Below are positions 62,388-64,000 of a DNA stretch of 64,000 nt, piece after piece. Every line of letters begins with the position of its first letter. The stretch's first letter is position 1. This DNA is from an uncultured Veillonella sp. (lineage in GTDB: Bacteria > Bacillota > Negativicutes > Veillonellales > Veillonellaceae). The DNA is taken from contig USQK01000001.1 of assembly GCA_900556785.1 (NCBI GenBank), positions 2,415-66,414 of the forward strand. Direction: 5' to 3'. Made by a program: the position numbers and the translations under genes. The notes under the pieces are model-generated. The model saw only the letters and a program-made list of their open reading frames with translations. It was not told the origin of the DNA and did no database searches.

Positions 62388-64000
62388 ATGAATACATTTA
62401 TGGACGCTTTAACAAAGAATGAAAAATCTTATACTGCGAACGATGCTACAGCTTATCGTACAAGTGGTAGCGCTTTGGTGGATCTTAATTTCTCTGTGCC
62501 TGCATTGCGTCAGACTGCTGTTGATTTCTATGGTAAAAGTAAATATAACCGTCATTTTTATAGTGCTGATAGTACTATGGATGCTGTAGAGGCGTTACGT
62601 TTATTTATTACGTCCTATAATGAAGACCCTCTATATACCATGAAATGGCTTATGTATGCGCGTCATATTAAGCTAGGTCTTGGTGAGCGCGATGTATTTC
62701 GCATGATGCTTACTAAAATTGGTAACTTGTATCCTGAGATGGCATTGCAATTCATTATCGGCACCGAGTTATGGAACTATGGTCGTTGGGATGATGTGCT
62801 ACGCATTTTCTTTGATACGACGAGCAGTATCTTACATGATGGACTAGGAGAGTTGATTACCAATCAGTTCAGACGTGATGTTATAGGTTGTGGACTTGGA
62901 GATTCCATAAGTTTATTAGCTAAATGGATGCCGTCTAATAATACATCGTCTAAGCAAAAACGTTCTGAGGCAGTTGTTTTACAATCCTTGTTAGATCTAA
63001 GTGCGCGTGAATACCGCAAAACTTTGTCTAAGTTACGCGAATATTTAGAGGTAGTAGATAAAAAGGCATCCCTCAACCAATGGAATGATATTAATTATAA
63101 TCATGTGCCATCTAAAGCGAATCTTAAATATCGTAATGCCTTTTTGAAACATGATGAAGAACGTCGTAAGGCCTATCTTGCATCATTACAAAAGGGAGAC
63201 GATGCTGTTAAGATTAATGCAAGCTCTATGTTCTTGTACGATATTGTACAAGCCTATCTAAAGGTAGATAGTTACTGGGATAGTAGTCTAAATCCATATG
63301 ACGAAATATTAGAGCAGTTATGGAATGCCCAAGAAGCGCCTAAGGATTACGACGATATCTTAGTTATACGCGATGGGTCTGGATCGATGTATCAGCAGTT
63401 GACAAGTAATAGTTCTGTTACAGCTTTAAGCGTGGCAGATTCTATTGCACTGTATTGTGCACAGCATAATAAGAATAAATCTTTTAACAATCGATTTATC
63501 ACCTTTAGCAATCGCCCTCAAATGGTAGATATTTCGATGTGTCAAACATTGCGAGATAAACTAAGACGATTGCATCGCTTTGACGATTACAGCAATACGG
63601 ACATAGAGGCAACCTTTGATTTAATCCTCGACACAGTTGTGAAAAATCATTTGCCTCAAGAAGCGTTACCTTCATCGTGCCTTATTATTTCTGATATGCA
63701 GTTTGATCAGGCTACAGAGCATGACGATAACATAACTGTTATTGAAAAGTGTCGCCGGAAGTTTGAAACCCTTGGGTATACTATGCCACGGCTTATTTTT
63801 TGGAATGTATCTGTCTACGCACATAATACTATTCCTCTACAAGTGCATCCGAGCGGTATTATCCTCGTATCTGGATTCTCGAAATCTATCGTTGATATGG
63901 TAGTATCTAGAGAACTCAATCCTGAAAGGGCACTCAAAGCTGAGCTAGATGCAAAATGTAGTATTGTAGATACAGTACTACAAAACTATGTAAAGGTGGC
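62388..64000 (+). CDS. DUF2828-type protein (TROVE/Ro60-like helical region + vWA domain), 3' truncated by window
   Basis: Not in the ORF track because it has no stop in the window. AAGGAG RBS, ATG 62388, open to the end (more than 537 codons). Motifs ARHIKLGLGER, YGRWDD, LLAKWMPS, EYRK, VPSKA, MIDAS DGSGSM, FITFS, NTD, IISDMQFD, IFWNV, VSGFS. Confidence 0.88.
   Translation, partial: MNTFMDALTKNEKSYTANDATAYRTSGSALVDLNFSVPALRQTAVDFYGKSKYNRHFYSADSTMDAVEALRLFITSYNEDPLYTMKWLMYARHIKLGLGERDVFRMMLTKIGNLYPEMALQFIIGTELWNYGRWDDVLRIFFDTTSSILHDGLGELITNQFRRDVIGCGLGDSISLLAKWMPSNNTSSKQKRSEAVVLQSLLDLSAREYRKTLSKLREYLEVVDKKASLNQWNDINYNHVPSKANLKYRNAFLKHDEERRKAYLASLQKGDDAVKINASSMFLYDIVQAYLKVDSYWDSSLNPYDEILEQLWNAQEAPKDYDDILVIRDGSGSMYQQLTSNSSVTALSVADSIALYCAQHNKNKSFNNRFITFSNRPQMVDISMCQTLRDKLRRLHRFDDYSNTDIEATFDLILDTVVKNHLPQEALPSSCLIISDMQFDQATEHDDNITVIEKCRRKFETLGYTMPRLIFWNVSVYAHNTIPLQVHPSGIILVSGFSKSIVDMVVSRELNPERALKAELDAKCSIVDTVLQNYVKV

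Noticed and set aside
62864..63076. 70-aa minus-strand ORF
   Set aside because: Antisense shadow of the long plus-strand DUF2828-type frame.

Overview
AT-rich bacterial chromosome segment. Firmicute-type core genes occur together with an ADP-heptose/LPS core operon and a YadA-type adhesin remnant, which points to a Negativicute, probably Veillonella-like (inference). Layout: (1) 1-15.5 kb core genes: smc (5' partial), ftsY, uvrB, uvrA, uvrC, a MATE transporter, two TerC paralogs, rlmD. (2) About 15.5-33 kb, an accessory region starting right after the rlmD 3' end: a broken trimeric autotransporter, an McrB-like GTPase plus LlaJI/McrC-like nuclease with no methyltransferase, a doubly inactivated ADP-ribosylglycohydrolase, a toxin-less cluster of immunity-like genes (ankyrin/SUKH, SMI1-KNR4, TPR, DUF4375-like) with visible domain shuffling, then ProX-like, ABM, Zn-macrodomain, ogt and FAH genes. 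(3) 33-62 kb housekeeping: ilvE, pyc, nrdR, gmhA-hldE-hldD-gmhB plus two GT9 genes, two M18 peptidases, an ABC transporter, rpsO with its leader, pnp, dut. (4) 62-64 kb, missed by the ORF track: a perfect sigma70 promoter, a structured leader of about 340 nt containing two covarying stem-loop units that share TTAG-N3-CTA-R-CAGCAATC, a long terminator-like hairpin, and a DUF2828-type (TROVE/Ro60-like plus vWA) gene running off the window. Region 4 is the best candidate for an undescribed RNA-protein system. All calls come from motif recognition and pairing by eye; no searches were run.
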